Positions 1 to 13,420 of a DNA stretch of 64,000 bases are shown here, one piece after another. The stretch is from positions 94,550,001 through 94,614,000 of the forward strand of contig OX597824.1 in the NCBI GenBank assembly GCA_951406725.2, written 5' to 3'. A program made the position numbers and the translations under genes. The notes beneath the pieces were generated by a model, which saw only the letters and a list, made by a program, of their open reading frames with translations, searched no databases and was not told where the DNA came from. The DNA is from Octopus vulgaris (Eukaryota). Each line of letters begins with the position of its first letter. The stretch's first letter is position 1.

Positions 1-1350
1 ACACACACACACACACATAAAACAAAAATGCATACACACACACACACACCCATGCATAAGCACATGTGCCCAAACACACACATGCAAAAATACAAACACA
101 TGCATACACACACAGACATATCGATAAGCACACACACACACACACACACATGCATAATCACATACACGCAAACACACGCACATGCATAAGCACACACAAA
201 CACACACATGTATACACACGCATGCATAAGCACATACACACAAAAACATAATGACAAGCACACACACATTCATAAGCACATACACGCAAACACACACACA
301 CACACATTCATAAGCACATACACGCAAACACACACACACACACATTCATAAGCACATACACGCAAACACACACACACACACATTCACATACACGCAAACA
401 CACACACACACACATTCATAAGCACATACACTCAAACACACACACACACACATTCATAAGCACATACACGCAAACACACACACACACACATTCATAAGCA
501 CATACACGCAAACACACACACACACACACATTCATAAGCACATACACGCAAACACACACACACACACACATTCATAAGCACATACACGCAAACACACACA
601 CACACACATTCATAAGCACATACACGCAAACACACACACACACACACATTCATAAGCACATACACGCAAACACACACACACACACATTCATAAGCACATA
701 CACGCAAACACACACACACACACATTCATAAGCACATACACGCAAACACACACACACACACATTCATAAGCACATACACGCAAACACACACACACACACA
801 TTCATAAGCACATACATGCAAACACACACACACACACATTCATAAGCACATACACGCAAACACACACACACACACATTCATAAGCACATATACGCAAACA
901 CACACACACACACATTCATAAGCACATACACGCAAACACACACACACACACATTCATAAGCACATACATGCAAACACACACACACACACATTCATAAGCA
1001 CATACATGCAAACACACACACACACACATTCATAAGCACATACACGCAAACACACACACACACACATTCATAAGCACATACATGCAAACACACACACACA
1101 CACATTCATAAGCACATACATGCAAACACACACACACACACATTCATAAGCACATACACGCAAACACACACACACACACATTCATAAGCACATACACGCA
1201 AACACATTATACACACACAAAAACATATAGACAAGCACACACACACATGTATGAGCACATACACGCAAACACACACAAGCATAAATACAAGCACACACAT
1301 ACACACACAAAAACATAAACACATGTGCACACACACACACACACACCCAC
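1..1350. repeat. CA-rich minisatellite, ~39-bp unit (CA)n-TTCATAAGCACATACACGCAAA
   Basis: More than 20 near-identical units between ~260 and ~1200, with degenerate flanks. Confidence 0.95.
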
Positions 1351-1684
1351 ACCTGTGTTTCATACTGATGCAATAGTTTTGTTTGAATATCAGCTTTGTA
1401 AACTGAGACCAACAGCCTCTGTTTCTAGATTTCTATCTCATCCATGGACCAAGATGAAACGGCAACAACAATTACAATAATAATTGCAACAGTTTCTTAG
1501 ACAAGCACAAGGTCACAAAACTCTGGTGCCATGACTTGTCTACTTACCTCCCCCACCATCCGCCCCCTGCCGCCTGGCATCTTCCCCCACCCCAGCACAT
1601 CTCCCAGAAAGTCAAAAGGCAAAGTTGACCTTGGTGAGATGTCAAGATTTCTCAACATAGATACTACAATATTTCCTCATAAAA

Positions 1685-2092
1685 AGGCTGCAAGCTGGCA
1701 GAATCGTTAGCACGCTGGGCGAAATGCTTAGCAGTATTTCGTCTACCGCTGCGTTCTGAGTTCAAATTCCGCCGAGGTCGACTTTGCCGTTCATCCTTTG
1801 GGGGGGGGGGGGGGTCGATAAATTAAGTACTAGTTATGCTCTGGGGTCGATGTAATCGACTTAATACCTATGTCTGTCCTTGTTTGTCCCTTCTGTGTTT
1901 AGCCCCTTGTGGGTAGTAAAGAAATAGGTATTTCGTCTGTCTTTACGTCCTGAGTTCAGATACCACAAAGGTCGACTTTGCCTTTCATCCTTTCATGGTC
2001 AATAAATTAAGTACCAGTTGCATACTGGGGTCAATCTAGTCGACTGGCCTCCTACACAAAAATTTCAGGCGTTGTGCCAAGAGTAGAAAAGA
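1685..2092 (+). mobile_element. tRNA-derived SINE family A, head plus two body units
   Basis: A-box-like TGGCAGAATCGTTAG, B-box GAGTTCAAATTCC, core GTCGACTTTGCCTTTCATCCTTTCGGGGTCGATAAATTAAGTACCAG; many copies in the window. Confidence 0.85.
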
Positions 2093-2651
2093 ATATATAT
2101 ATAAAAAGCTAAGTCATGTATCACTTTTTTTTCTTTTTTTTCTTTTTTTAGTTTTCTTGTGCTGAAGCAGCAGTGTGAAAGTAGGAGGCTGTGGAAAGGC
2201 AGTGAGTGAGTGAGTGACAGTAGGAGAATTAAAATGAAAATGAGTGGCAGGATGAGGTGTAAATTACCCTGACTTGAGTCTCAAATGACAAAGAGAGAAA
2301 GAGTGGGAGTGGGACGGTTAAAAGAAAAATGAGTGAGAGTAGGAGGCTAATAAATGAGAAAGAAGAGAAACTTAACAGAGATTCATATTTCAAAACAACC
2401 CAACAAGGGATAGACTATAAAAGACAGCGAAGTCATTTGATGTCATTTAGAGTTCAGCTAACGAACCAGCCTGTGACCTGCTTTGGACATTACAGGTTGA
2501 GGATTACAAAGGTTACAAAGGAAAACACATGGCATAGAATATTTTAACAAAGAACTTTGTAACTAAGGAAAAAATTCAATAAACTCTAACAGCCAATATT
2601 TATTCAAGATGAATATTTCAAGACCTAAATGGAAGACATGTTCAGAAGGTC

Positions 2652-3012
2652 ATCATCATCATCATCGTTTAATGTCCGCTTTCCATGCTGGCATGGGTTG
2701 GATGGTTTGACTGGGGACTGGCAAGCCAGAAGGCCGCACCAGGCTCCAATCTGATCTGGCAGTGTTTCTACAGCTGGATGCCCTTCCTAATGCCAACCAC
2801 TCTGAGAGTGTAAGTGGGTGCTTTTTATGTGCCACCAGCACAGGAACCAGTCAGGTGGGCCTGGCATCGGTCAAGTTCGGATGGTGTTTTCTATGAGCCA
2901 CTGGTGCAAGAGCCAGTCAGGGGTTATTGGCATCGGCCATGATTAGTTGGTGCTTTTTAAGTGCCACCAGCACAGGAACCAGTCAGGCGGCACTGGCATT
3001 GGCCACGTTCAA
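2652..3012 (-). mobile_element. SINE-like family C with (GAT)n tail and internal ~60-bp tandem repeats
   Basis: Shared motif GGTTGGCGTTAGGAAGGGCATCCAGC. Other copies near 9095-9492(+), 10655-10970, 13388-13605, 13891-14047, 15036-15420, 26505-26910, 27170-27545(+), 28610-28812. Confidence 0.8.
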
Positions 3013-3452
3013 ATCTAGATGTTTAATAACCCTGAAACAAACTCCCTCAATTTTTTGACAGACACTGTGCTAGTAAAAGTAAAAGAGTGGAAGTAATAAT
3101 GTAGTCCTAGAAACATTATGCCAGAAACAAGATGGGATGGTCATGACTGGAATGGTTTCGATCACTGGAAAGCTTGATCAGCCACCAGTCCTTCTTGTGG
3201 TATGGTGGCTTTTGTGCCTCAATGACCCTGAGAGCTATGCTAGCATAGCACCACTGGTAGTGGAGGGCGGGACTCCCATGCCAGATAGATCAAAGGATAG
3301 GGGTCATAGCTCCACTACATTCTAGACCAGTGGTTCTCATCCAGGGTCCATATAAGATTTTGTTGTTAAATTTGTGCAATAAACTGCTTATATATTATCT
3401 ACAATGCACAGAATATTTTAACAATCTTTTTATACAATCCTTAATAATAAAC

Positions 3453-3616
3453 GCGCAGGAGTGGCTGTGTGGTAAGTAGCTTGCTTACCAACCACATGGT
3501 TCCGGGTTCAGTCCTACTGCATGGCATCTTGGGCAAGTGTCTTCTACTATAGCCTCGAGCCGACCAAAGCCTTGTGAATGGATTTGGTAGATGGAAACTG
3601 AAAGAAGCCCATCGTA

Positions 3617-3667
<51 letters not shown>

Positions 3668-3805
3668 TTCTGTGTTTGTCCCCCTAGCATTTCTTGACAA
3701 CCAATGCTGGTGTGTTCATGTCCCTGTCACTTAGCAGTTCAGCAAAAAGAGACCGATAGAATAAGTACTAGGCTTACAAAGAATAAGTCCTGGGGTCGAT
3801 TTGCT
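3453..3805 (+). mobile_element. tRNA-derived SINE family B (CORE-like segment, internal (TA)n/(TG)n)
   Basis: TGGCTGTGTGGTAAG A-box, GGTTCAGTCC B-box, CTTGGGCAAGTGTCTT core-like motif; many copies in the window. Confidence 0.85.
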
Positions 3806-5044
3806 CAACAACAACAGCAACAACAACAAAAGAAACAAACAAATAAACTCATCATTTATCAAAAGTATTGCACATATACGGAATGTTATTTAAAGGTCTT
3901 CTCTCAAGTCTGTTGCCAGGTGAAGAGAGGAGGATTCCGGCAACAGCTGGATCTATTGGTAAGGAATTGGCAGATGGTCTTATTCAGTGTAACATTTAGC
4001 ATTACGCAGCAGTGAGATAATTAATCAATTATTATTAATTGCCAGTTATTAAAGCTAGCAATTTTTATCTTCCTGACAAGTCGTCATCGTCATTAGCACC
4101 ATCATCATCATCATCGTCATTATCACCATCATCATCATCATCGGCGGCGTCATCATCATTACCATCGTCACCATCTGTTTCTTTATTACCCACAAGGGGC
4201 TAAACACAGAGGGGACAAACAAGGACAGACAAACGGATTAAGTCGATTACATCGACCCCAGTGCGTAACTGGTACTTAATTTATCGACCCCGAAAGGATG
4301 AAAGGCAAAGTCGACCTCGGCGGAATTTGAACTCAAAACGTAACAGCAGACGAAATTCACCATCGTCACCATCATCATCATCATCAGACATGGCTGTGTG
4401 GTTAAGCTGCTTGCTTTGCAACCATGTGGTTTCGAGTTCAGTCCCATTGTACAGTACCCTGAATATATCTTCTACTTCAGCCCTGAGCCAACCAATGCCT
4501 TGTGAATTAATTTGGTAGATGGGAACAGTGAAAGCCAGTTGTATATATGTATGTGTGTTTGTGTTTGTCTCCACTACAACCATTTCACAACCAATATTGG
4601 TTTGTTTGCATCCCTCCCCCCCATAACCTAGCAGTTTAGAATAAAAACTGGGGTCTATTTGTTCAACTAAACACTTCAAAACAGTGCTCCAGCATGGCTG
4701 CAGTCCAGTGACTGGAACCATGTACCTGCAGCAAGACACCTGTTTCTGTTTCTCTGTCTCGTTATAACCTTTCATCATCTGACACGCAATCACCTCCTCC
4801 AATGTCCCTTCCCCTCTCAAAGAATCTTTGCCTTGCAAGTTACCTGGTGACCCTTCCAGTGCAGATGCCACATAAAAAGCACCCAGTCCACACTGCTAAG
4901 TGGTTGGCATTTGGAAGGGCATCCATCTGTAAAAACCATGCCAAAACTGACCTCACCTGTGCTAGTACCTCATAAAAAGCACCCGGTCTATTCTGCAGGG
5001 TGGTTGGTGCTAGGAAGGGCATCCAGCCATTAAAAAAAAACATT

Positions 5045-5290
5045 CAAAAATTACCCACTGCTATCTTGAAAAGGGAAGGGCACAGATTATATAACCCTCA
5101 ATGAGGTCACAAGACCTGCTAGAAATAATAATCAAATTTGCTCCAAAATTACCCACAGCTATCTTGAAAAGGGAACGGCACAGACGATATAGTCCTCAAT
5201 GCGGTCACAAGACCTGTTAGAAATAGTAGCGAACCTTGTTCAAAAATTATACTCTACTTTCTAGTGAATGGGAAGGACACTTCGGATAAT
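5045..5290. repeat. ~98-bp degenerate tandem repeat (about 2.5 copies)
   Basis: Repeated AAAATTACCCAC..CTATCTTGAAAAGGGAA..GGTCACAAGACCTG.TAGAAATA. Confidence 0.7.
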
Positions 5291-5769
5291 ATAGTCTTAA
5301 TGCGCAATGCTTAAAAAATTGACAGGGTGGTCACAGCTGGAATATCTTTGATTCAGAAAGGGGTGACCTTTATCTAAACAACAACAATACCGCTACTTGT
5401 ACTTTACGATTATGATGTAAAATTGATTGAATTAAATACTTTTTACGTTCACAACCACTAAGTCCAAGCTGTTCCATTGCTGGTTGCGCAAACTCATTAA
5501 TGACTCTCTGTCTCCTAACGATAATTAGTGTTTCCATCATGTGATTATCAATGGAGCAGCTTATCACTGGATTAGGGCCTTTTGTTTTGTTTTGTTTTGT
5601 ATCGTTTTGTTTTGTTTTTTGCTTGTTTTGGGATGATGATATGCTGTGATTTGAGAAGTAGTTTGGCTGTTGTTTTCAGTGTTTGTGTAAAAGCCGTCCC
5701 TCCCCCCCAGTCCTTTGCAGTGGCAGCAGGAGTGGTGGTCGTCATGGAGGCAGTAGCAGTTGTGGAGCC

Positions 5770-5882
5770 GGTGGTGGTGGTGGTGGTGGTAGTAGTGGTA
5801 GTAGTAGCAGCAGCAGCAGTAGTAGCGGTGGTGGTGGTGGTTGTAGTAGTAGTAGTAGTAGTAGTAGCAGTGGTGGTGGTGT

Positions 5883-5914
<32 letters not shown>

Positions 5915-6662
5915 GCGGTGGTGGTGGTAGTAGTAGTAGTGGTGGTGGTGGTGGTGGTGGTGGTGGTGGTAGTAGTAGTAGTAGTAGCGGTGGTAGTAGT
6001 GGTAGTGGCGGTGGTGGTGGTGGTGGTGGTGGTAGTAGTAGTAGTAATGGCAGTGGTGGCTGAGTACTCCACACACATTCCCTTAATGTGATGCAATCTG
6101 TGATTAAAGCTAGACCTTTAAATTGAAAAGTTCAGGCAATGGTGGTGGTGGTGGTTAGTAACGGTGGCAGCAGTGGGGTGGTGGTCATCGTCGTGATGAC
6201 GGTGGTGGCCCTAATGGCCCGCAGTGTCGTTGTCTTCATTGTTGCCCTATTAACACAACACAGTACAAGATAGACGTAGGCAGATACGGAGAGGAAGGAG
6301 AAGAAGAGGAAGAAGTATCTATTCAGTGGCTCTGTTTGTTTAAGCTTTTTAAGTTGCTTCTGTTTTTTTTAAAACAAACTTGGCTGAAATACACCTGTGA
6401 CATCATGATGGATGGTATGAAGAGCATAGGTGAGGTATTAGTGGTGGGCGGTGGTGAATTGGTGGTGGTGAGGTGGTGGTGGTGGTGGTGGTGGTGGTGG
6501 TGGTGGAAGTGGTGGTGGTGGTGAATGTGGTGATGGTGATGGTTGTAGCGGTAGCAGTGGTGGTGGTAGTGGTGGCAGCAGCAGTGGTAGAGGTGGTGGT
6601 GGTGGTGGTGGTGGTGGTGGTGGTGGTGGTGGTGGTGGTGGTGGTGGTGGTGGTGGTGGTAG
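5770..6662. repeat. (GTG)n/(GTA)n trinucleotide arrays
   Basis: Read directly; source of the poly-V/T/H/P/G ORFs. Confidence 0.95.
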
Positions 6663-7211
6663 CATGACAGATTGAGAAGACTTGCTGTTGACATTTCTTC
6701 CAAGAGTAAGTTCGTTTCTTTTGAAACAAATTTTTTAAAAAACAGCAAATAGTTTTTTGGTTTTTTTTAAATAAAAAAGTAAAAATCAAGACAAAATCAA
6801 CAATTTTTCCATCACCCCCACCACCACCTCCACGCTGCTGCCACCACCACCCTATTTGCATTTATACTTTTCCTCAACAGCAAGATTTTTGGGTTTTTTT
6901 GTTTGATTTTGCTATTAAAAATTAATCTCTTCTTTCACCAAACTTCGGCAAACTTGTGACATTCTGAATGCATCGCTGTGTTACATCAGCATTCTATGTA
7001 ATATATATATGAGCTTATATTCTTTTCTACTCTAGGCACAAGGCCCGAAATTTTGGGGGAGGGGGACAGTCGATTAGATCAACCCTAATATGCAACTGGT
7101 ACTTAATTTATCAACTCCAAAAGGACGAAAGCCAAAGTCGACCTTGGCGGAATTTGAACTCAGAATGTAAAGACAGGCGAAATACCGCTAAGCATTTTGC
7201 GTGTGTGTGTG

Positions 7212-7250
<39 letters not shown>

Positions 7251-10200
7251 AATATATGCATATATACATACTTATATGTACATACCTACATATATATGTA
7301 TATATACAGGCATATATGGGTACAGGACATCAAAAAAAAAACGTTGAACACAATGAGAAACAAAAACATGGAAACAAACTTTTTTTCATACAATGAAAAA
7401 ACAGAGTACAAGACATACAACACAAGGAATATTCCCCTTCTTCAGTTGTCCCTGTTTTGTCTACTCCACGTTTCCGAAGGTAAGGACAAGACGCGACTTC
7501 ATTGAAACAGTCCTTCCCGCAGAGCAAATTAAATAAAATTAGGGATTTTTTGCGAAGGGGTAAAAATGGTAATAAGAACAAAACAAGACAGTAGAAACAG
7601 TAAAAGACAGAACAAAGAGAATAACAGTAAAAACAAATGATGAGGGTGGTTAAGCCAAGATGATGGAAGAATTATTCTGAACGTTTAAGGAGACAGCTTA
7701 TGAGAGAGACAGGATAAGCTGGTCTGGTCTTGGTGAAGATAGCAGTTGGAAAGATGGCTTCCCTCTGATCACATGTCAGTGATGAGAGAGTCGAGGAGGA
7801 GGAGGAGGAGTAAGAGAGAGGGAACGGTGAAGGGGAGAGGAGAAGAATAGGGAAGGGTGGGAGAGAAGGGTAGATTTGATGGACAGAAACTTAAAATGGG
7901 TATTGTAATCTAGTGTTTATTAGAACTGAACAACTGCTCAGTTCGTCACCTTTGATACTGAGGGACACCCTCTGGATAGTTTAGTTGGCCATAACAGTTA
8001 GGTCTTGTCCAGATGTGGTCCTCTGATGTTTATTATGCAGCTCTCAGTTTGATTATTATTTTGAGCACTTGATTCCGGGTTGTGTGTTTGCTTGTGTGTG
8101 TGTGAATGATTGTGAGAAAATGCCTGAATAACAGTTGTAGCTATCATCAGTTCCCATGATGTATTTAGAACAACCTTGAATCGTGTGTGTGTGTGTGTGT
8201 GTGAGGTATGATAGTCATGTTTGTATGTATACGTGTTGAAGATTTAGAGCTTGTATTCTGCTATATAAGCAAAAAATAGCATGGAAAGCTGCTCTGCGTG
8301 TATATGTATGTATGTGTGCAGTATGAATGCGGGGAACATCATGTTGATTTGTTATTGATAAAGCCATGACTTTAAGTGCTGTTTTTATCTATTACTATTA
8401 TTATTATTATTTTTTTTTTTTTTTTTTTGTATATCCAAGCCTGTTACCTTTATTTAAGTGAAAATAGATCAGGCTGTTCCCACCAACTTATCAATCATGA
8501 ATTACAAGCTGTTTTGCTATTTTTTTTTATTTCATTTTTCTATTTCGTTTTTCACTTATTTCTATCAGCAGTCGCACTGTGCATGGCACCCCTCGGGCAA
8601 GTGTCTTCCACTACAGCCCTGGATTGACCAATGCCTTGTGGTTCAATTTCGTAGAAGGAAACTGAGCAAGCCCAATGAATATGTGTATGTGTGTGTGTGT
8701 GTATGCATGTATGAGTGTGTGTGTGCGTGCACAACAGGCTTCTTTCAGTTTCCAGCTACCAGATCTGCTCACAAGGCCTTGGTAAGGTCTGGGGTGTTAG
8801 TGGGGTAAGGTCTGGGATGCCAAAGTGCCACTTAGTGGGATTGATCCTGAGACTATGTGGTCAGGAAGCCTCTGTGTGTGTGTGTGTGTGTGTGTATGCA
8901 TGTATGAATGAGTGTGTGTGTGTGCACAACAGGCTTCTTTCAGTTTCCAGCTACCAGATCTGCTCACAAGACCTTGGTAAAGTCTGGGGTGTTAGTGGAA
9001 GACACTTGCCAAAGTGCCACTTAGTGGGATTGATCCTGAGACTATGTGGTCGGGAAGCCTCTGTGTGTGTGTGTGTGTGTACACATTTTTGTATGTGTCC
9101 GTTGCCAGCCTCGCCTGGCCCCCGTGCCGGTGGCACATAAAAGCACCATCCGTTTGTGTCCGTTGCCAGCCTCGCCTGGCCCCCGTGCCGGTGGCACATA
9201 AAAGCACCATCCGTTCGTGTCCGTTGCCAGCCTCGCTTGGCCCCCATGCCGGTGGCACGTAAAAGCACCATCCGTTCATGGCTGTTTGCCAGCTCTGTCT
9301 GGCACCTGTGCAAGTGGCACGTAAAAAGCACCCACTACACTCACGGAGTGGTTGGCGTTAGGAAGGGCATCCAGCCATAGAAACACTGCCAGATCAGACT
9401 GGGCCTGGTGCAGCCTTCTGGCTTCACAGACCCCAGTTGAACCGTCCAACCCATGCTAGCATGGAAAGCGGACGCTAAATGGTGGTGGTGGTGAATCTCA
9501 ATTTCTATGCTTGCTTCTGCTTAAGGTGAGACGACAAAGATGTTGACATTATGACCAATAAAAAAATAAAATCCCTCAGTTGGAAAACAATTACAGGTTG
9601 ATGACAGGAAGAGCATCCAACTGTAAAATCCCCCTCAAATAACACCCCCACCACCACCACCACCATTAACAGTCAGAACTGTGGCAAGCAATAGAATTAT
9701 TCCCCTCATGCAGTGATATAGCCCAGTCAACACTGAAACCCTTTTGATTATACATAAGCAGGTCTGATGACACCTGTTGCCAAACACGTCTCAATTACAA
9801 ATACACTCACCTGTTTCTTTAAAACTGAAGTATGTCCTAAAGATTAAGAACTTGTGTATTCTGTGTGACCTTCTAATCCCTGTCCAAACAGGTATTTTAA
9901 TGATTGAAATGCATGAACTTCTACCTCACTGGTTGGTAAATATATAGATTTTTTCCTTTCTGGATGTTATTATTATCATCATCATCATCGTTATTATTAT
10001 TTTATAATGAAGACATGCTTAGCAAATAACTTCTCATGTAAGTCTAATTTAAATTGCCAGGTAAGACAAATGTCTTTTTGGTGGGTTTTTATTTTTTTTT
10101 TTTTTTTTTACTTTTTCTTGTAATGGAAAGAAAAGACAGATGGTTCCTCTACATCTGGGTATTTTATGTCTTTTACTCGTGTCAGTTATATTGAACTGCG

Positions 10201-10970
10201 GCCAAGCTGGGGCACTGCCTCGAAGGGTTTAGTCAGACAAATCGATTCTAGTATTTTTTTTTTTTAATGTTTGGTAAATTATTCTGTTGGTGTCTCTTCC
10301 AGAATTGCTATGTTATAGGGATACAGGGACATAAATAAACCAACACCAGATGCCAAGCAATGGAGAGTCAAACACAGATACAAAAACACAAATGCACATA
10401 GATAGATAGATAGATACATTCATACAAACATACATACATACATAGACAGAGAGGTAGGCAGTTAGATAGACAGATAGATAGATAGATGGATGGATGGATG
10501 GACGGACGGACGGACGGACGGAGAGTGAGAGATAGACAGATGGTTAGATAGGTAGGTAGGTAGATAGATAGATAGATGGACAGACAAATAGATAGAGAGA
10601 GGCAGACAGAGGTACAGCAGACTACCACAGTTTCTTTCTACACACTTGCCCTTGTTGGACAGTTCGACTGGGGTCTGGGAAGCTAGGAGGCTGCACCAGG
10701 CACCAGTTTGATCTGGCAGTGTTCCTACAGCTGGATGCCCTTCCTAATGCCAACCACGCCATGAGTGTAGTGGGTGCTTTTTACGTGCCCCAAACACAGG
10801 GGCCAGAGGAGGCTTGCAACGGCCACAGTCAGTTGGTGCTTTTTATGTGCCACTGGCACAGGGGTCACAACTACAATTTCCATTTGATTTTCATTTTGAT
10901 GTTGATGTACTTGACTCAATAAGTCTCCTCAAAAACAGCGTGTTGCCCCACGATCCAAGGTACTTTTGAA

Positions 10971-11001
<31 letters not shown>

Positions 11002-11080
11002 GGGGTGTTGTTGCTGTTGTTGTTGTTGTAATATTGAAAAATACCTCGGGAATGCGAACCCAGGTTCGAAATGTTCCCAA

Positions 11081-11126
11081 AACACCTAATGAAGGCTGGA
11101 GAGTATATCAGCCGACACATTGTATT
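11081..11126 (+). ncRNA. Decayed minimal type I hammerhead ribozyme motif (Penelope-like)
   Basis: AACAC-CTAATGA-A-GGCTG(10 nt)CAGCC-GACA-CA-TT-GTATT: hammerhead topology with G5>A and A14>C core changes. Confidence 0.5.
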
Positions 11127-11333
11127 AACAACAAACAAGATGAGGACAAATATCCGTCAAATGTAAATAATGTAAATAATGTACCTAATTCCTCATCTCT
11201 TAAACATAGAACTGTATTCATTCATTCATAATTTGATTCCTTGAGTCGTTTGTCTTTTCTGCCTCAGATTAATGTTTCTAATGTCAATCCATTTTCTTTT
11301 TGTTTTTAATTCCATTTCATTTCCATTTTCCAG

Positions 11334-11445
11334 ACAAAAGTGAAAATAGTTCCTGTTCTTGGGACGGGACTCTTAATAGGAACAGCCTTGGCAGTAATTA
11401 TTCCTGAAGGCGTACATGTTATGTATTCGCATCATCACAACCATG
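11334..11445 (+). CDS. SLC39A9: ZIP9 coding exon 2 ([37 protein letters not shown])
   Basis: ttttccag acceptor at 11333, G|gtacg donor; 112 bp, phase 0 to 1. Confidence 0.93.
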
Positions 11446-13388
11446 GTACGTTGATTCTCTCTGTCTTTCTGTTTTGTTTTTCTTTTTTCTTTTTTACAAG
11501 AAGCCTTATTTTGCACATATTCTTTAACCCTTTAGCTTTGAAACCAGCCATTCCAGGCCCAAACATTCTACATGTTTTTTTTTGTTGGTTCTTTTTTTTG
11601 TTCAAACTGGCCAGATCCAGCCTTTCACACCTATCCTACAATAATGTCATTCTAAAAATAAATAATCACATCATTGAAATCTTGAAGCCAAGAGATAACG
11701 CATGATTAATTCAAGACAATTTTCATAAACAAGCTTTACATTTGACAGAGTAATCTAAATGCTAAAGGGTTAAGGTGGTATTAATTAATTGTCTCAGAGT
11801 GAAGGCACATGGCTTAGTGGTTAGGGGTGTTCAGCTCACGACCGTATGGTCATGAGTTCAATTCTCAGAGATGCATTGTGTCCTTGATCAAGACACTGTT
11901 TCACATTACTCCAGTCCACTCAGCTGGCAAAAATGTATTGTACCAGTAATTCAAACAGGCTAGCCTTGTCCTATTCTGTGTCACGCTGAATCTCCCTGAG
12001 AACTATATTAACCCTTTTGATACCAACAAAATGGTTAAAATATATAATAGAGAAACAATTCTTAACCCTTTTGATACCAATCCAGCTGAAACAGCTTCTG
12101 GCCCTATAGTACAAATGTCCTGTTTTCAAAAGTTTTGAATTAAAATTTTCCACCAAACTTTAGTCAGAATTTATGTTCCCGACACTAGCTGAATGATAAC
12201 TAAGTTATTTTACTAAATTCTTTGTTATATTTAGAATTAATTGAAAGAATCACAGAGCATCTCAACAGAAATATGGTGACAAAGGGGTTAAAAGCACTCA
12301 TGCTGGTGTCATGTAGAAAGCACTAGTAATGGTGCCACATTAACCCTTTTGATATCAACCCGGCTGAAACCGGCTCTGGCTTTGTAGTACAAATGTCTTG
12401 TTTTCATAAGTTTTGAATTAAAATCTTCCACCAAACCTTAGTCACAATTTATGTTCCTGACACTAGCTGAATGATAACTAAGTTATTTTACTAAATTCTT
12501 GGTTATATTTAAAATCAATTGAAAGAAACACAGAGCATCTCAACAGAAATACCATAACGAATGGGTACACATGTCTGCGGAGCGCTCAGCCACTTGCACA
12601 TTAATTCCACAAGGAGGCAGTTCTGCTCATTGAATCAACTGGAGCTATCGTCCTCATAACCAACGGAGTACCTGTTTACAATCATGGCTTTTTAAAAATA
12701 TTTCAACTGTCTCGGTACCACCAAACACCTAATCTGCATCATCAGAAGGTTTATATCAACTACAAACGGGCAGAGAACAAGTAAAAAGTAGATCCATTGG
12801 TATTGCATTTCTTGGACCATTCACAGCTGTTTCTGCAACATGTGGATGACAGATCACATGACAAGTGGGAAAACCTGGAGGAGAGCAATGATATTGTTGT
12901 ATTGATTATATAATGAGAGACCCCACGGTTATTTTGTCATAACCTTTGTGAACAAACACAGATACACACTAGATCGATTCCCCTATGTATAAATATACAG
13001 GTGATATGGCAGGAGGTGTTTAATTAATTCAAGAAGAAAAAATTAGCTAAAAGTACAAATGGAAAGGTAAAATGACAGTTTAATTGTAGCTTTTGACCAG
13101 ATCACTTTGTCAGTATCCTTCATTAGTCAGCGTATCTCTATCTCAATCAGACAAATGTCTGAACTGATAGACTTAAATTATTATTTAAGCTCGTTTATTA
13201 TAATATAAGCTGGAATAAATTAGGTGAGATAAAGACAGCAAGCTGGCAGAGTTGGTAGCGTCCCTGGACAAATGCTTCATAGCAGCATTTTGTCCGTCTT
13301 TACTCTCTGAGTTCCAGTTCCCCCGAAGTGGGATTCATGACAGACGATTGTAGACAGGACGAACTGACGACTTAAGCCCTCATGTATG

Positions 13389-13420
<32 letters not shown>

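Noticed and set aside
7430-7485. Permuted hammerhead on the minus strand (GAAACGU...CUGAAGA)
   Set aside because: The cleavage-site base is G and stem I does not pair; at most a Penelope-like remnant.
1-11333. ZIP9 exon 1
   Set aside because: No segment encoding a TM1-like peptide with a phase-0 donor was found; probably upstream of the window.
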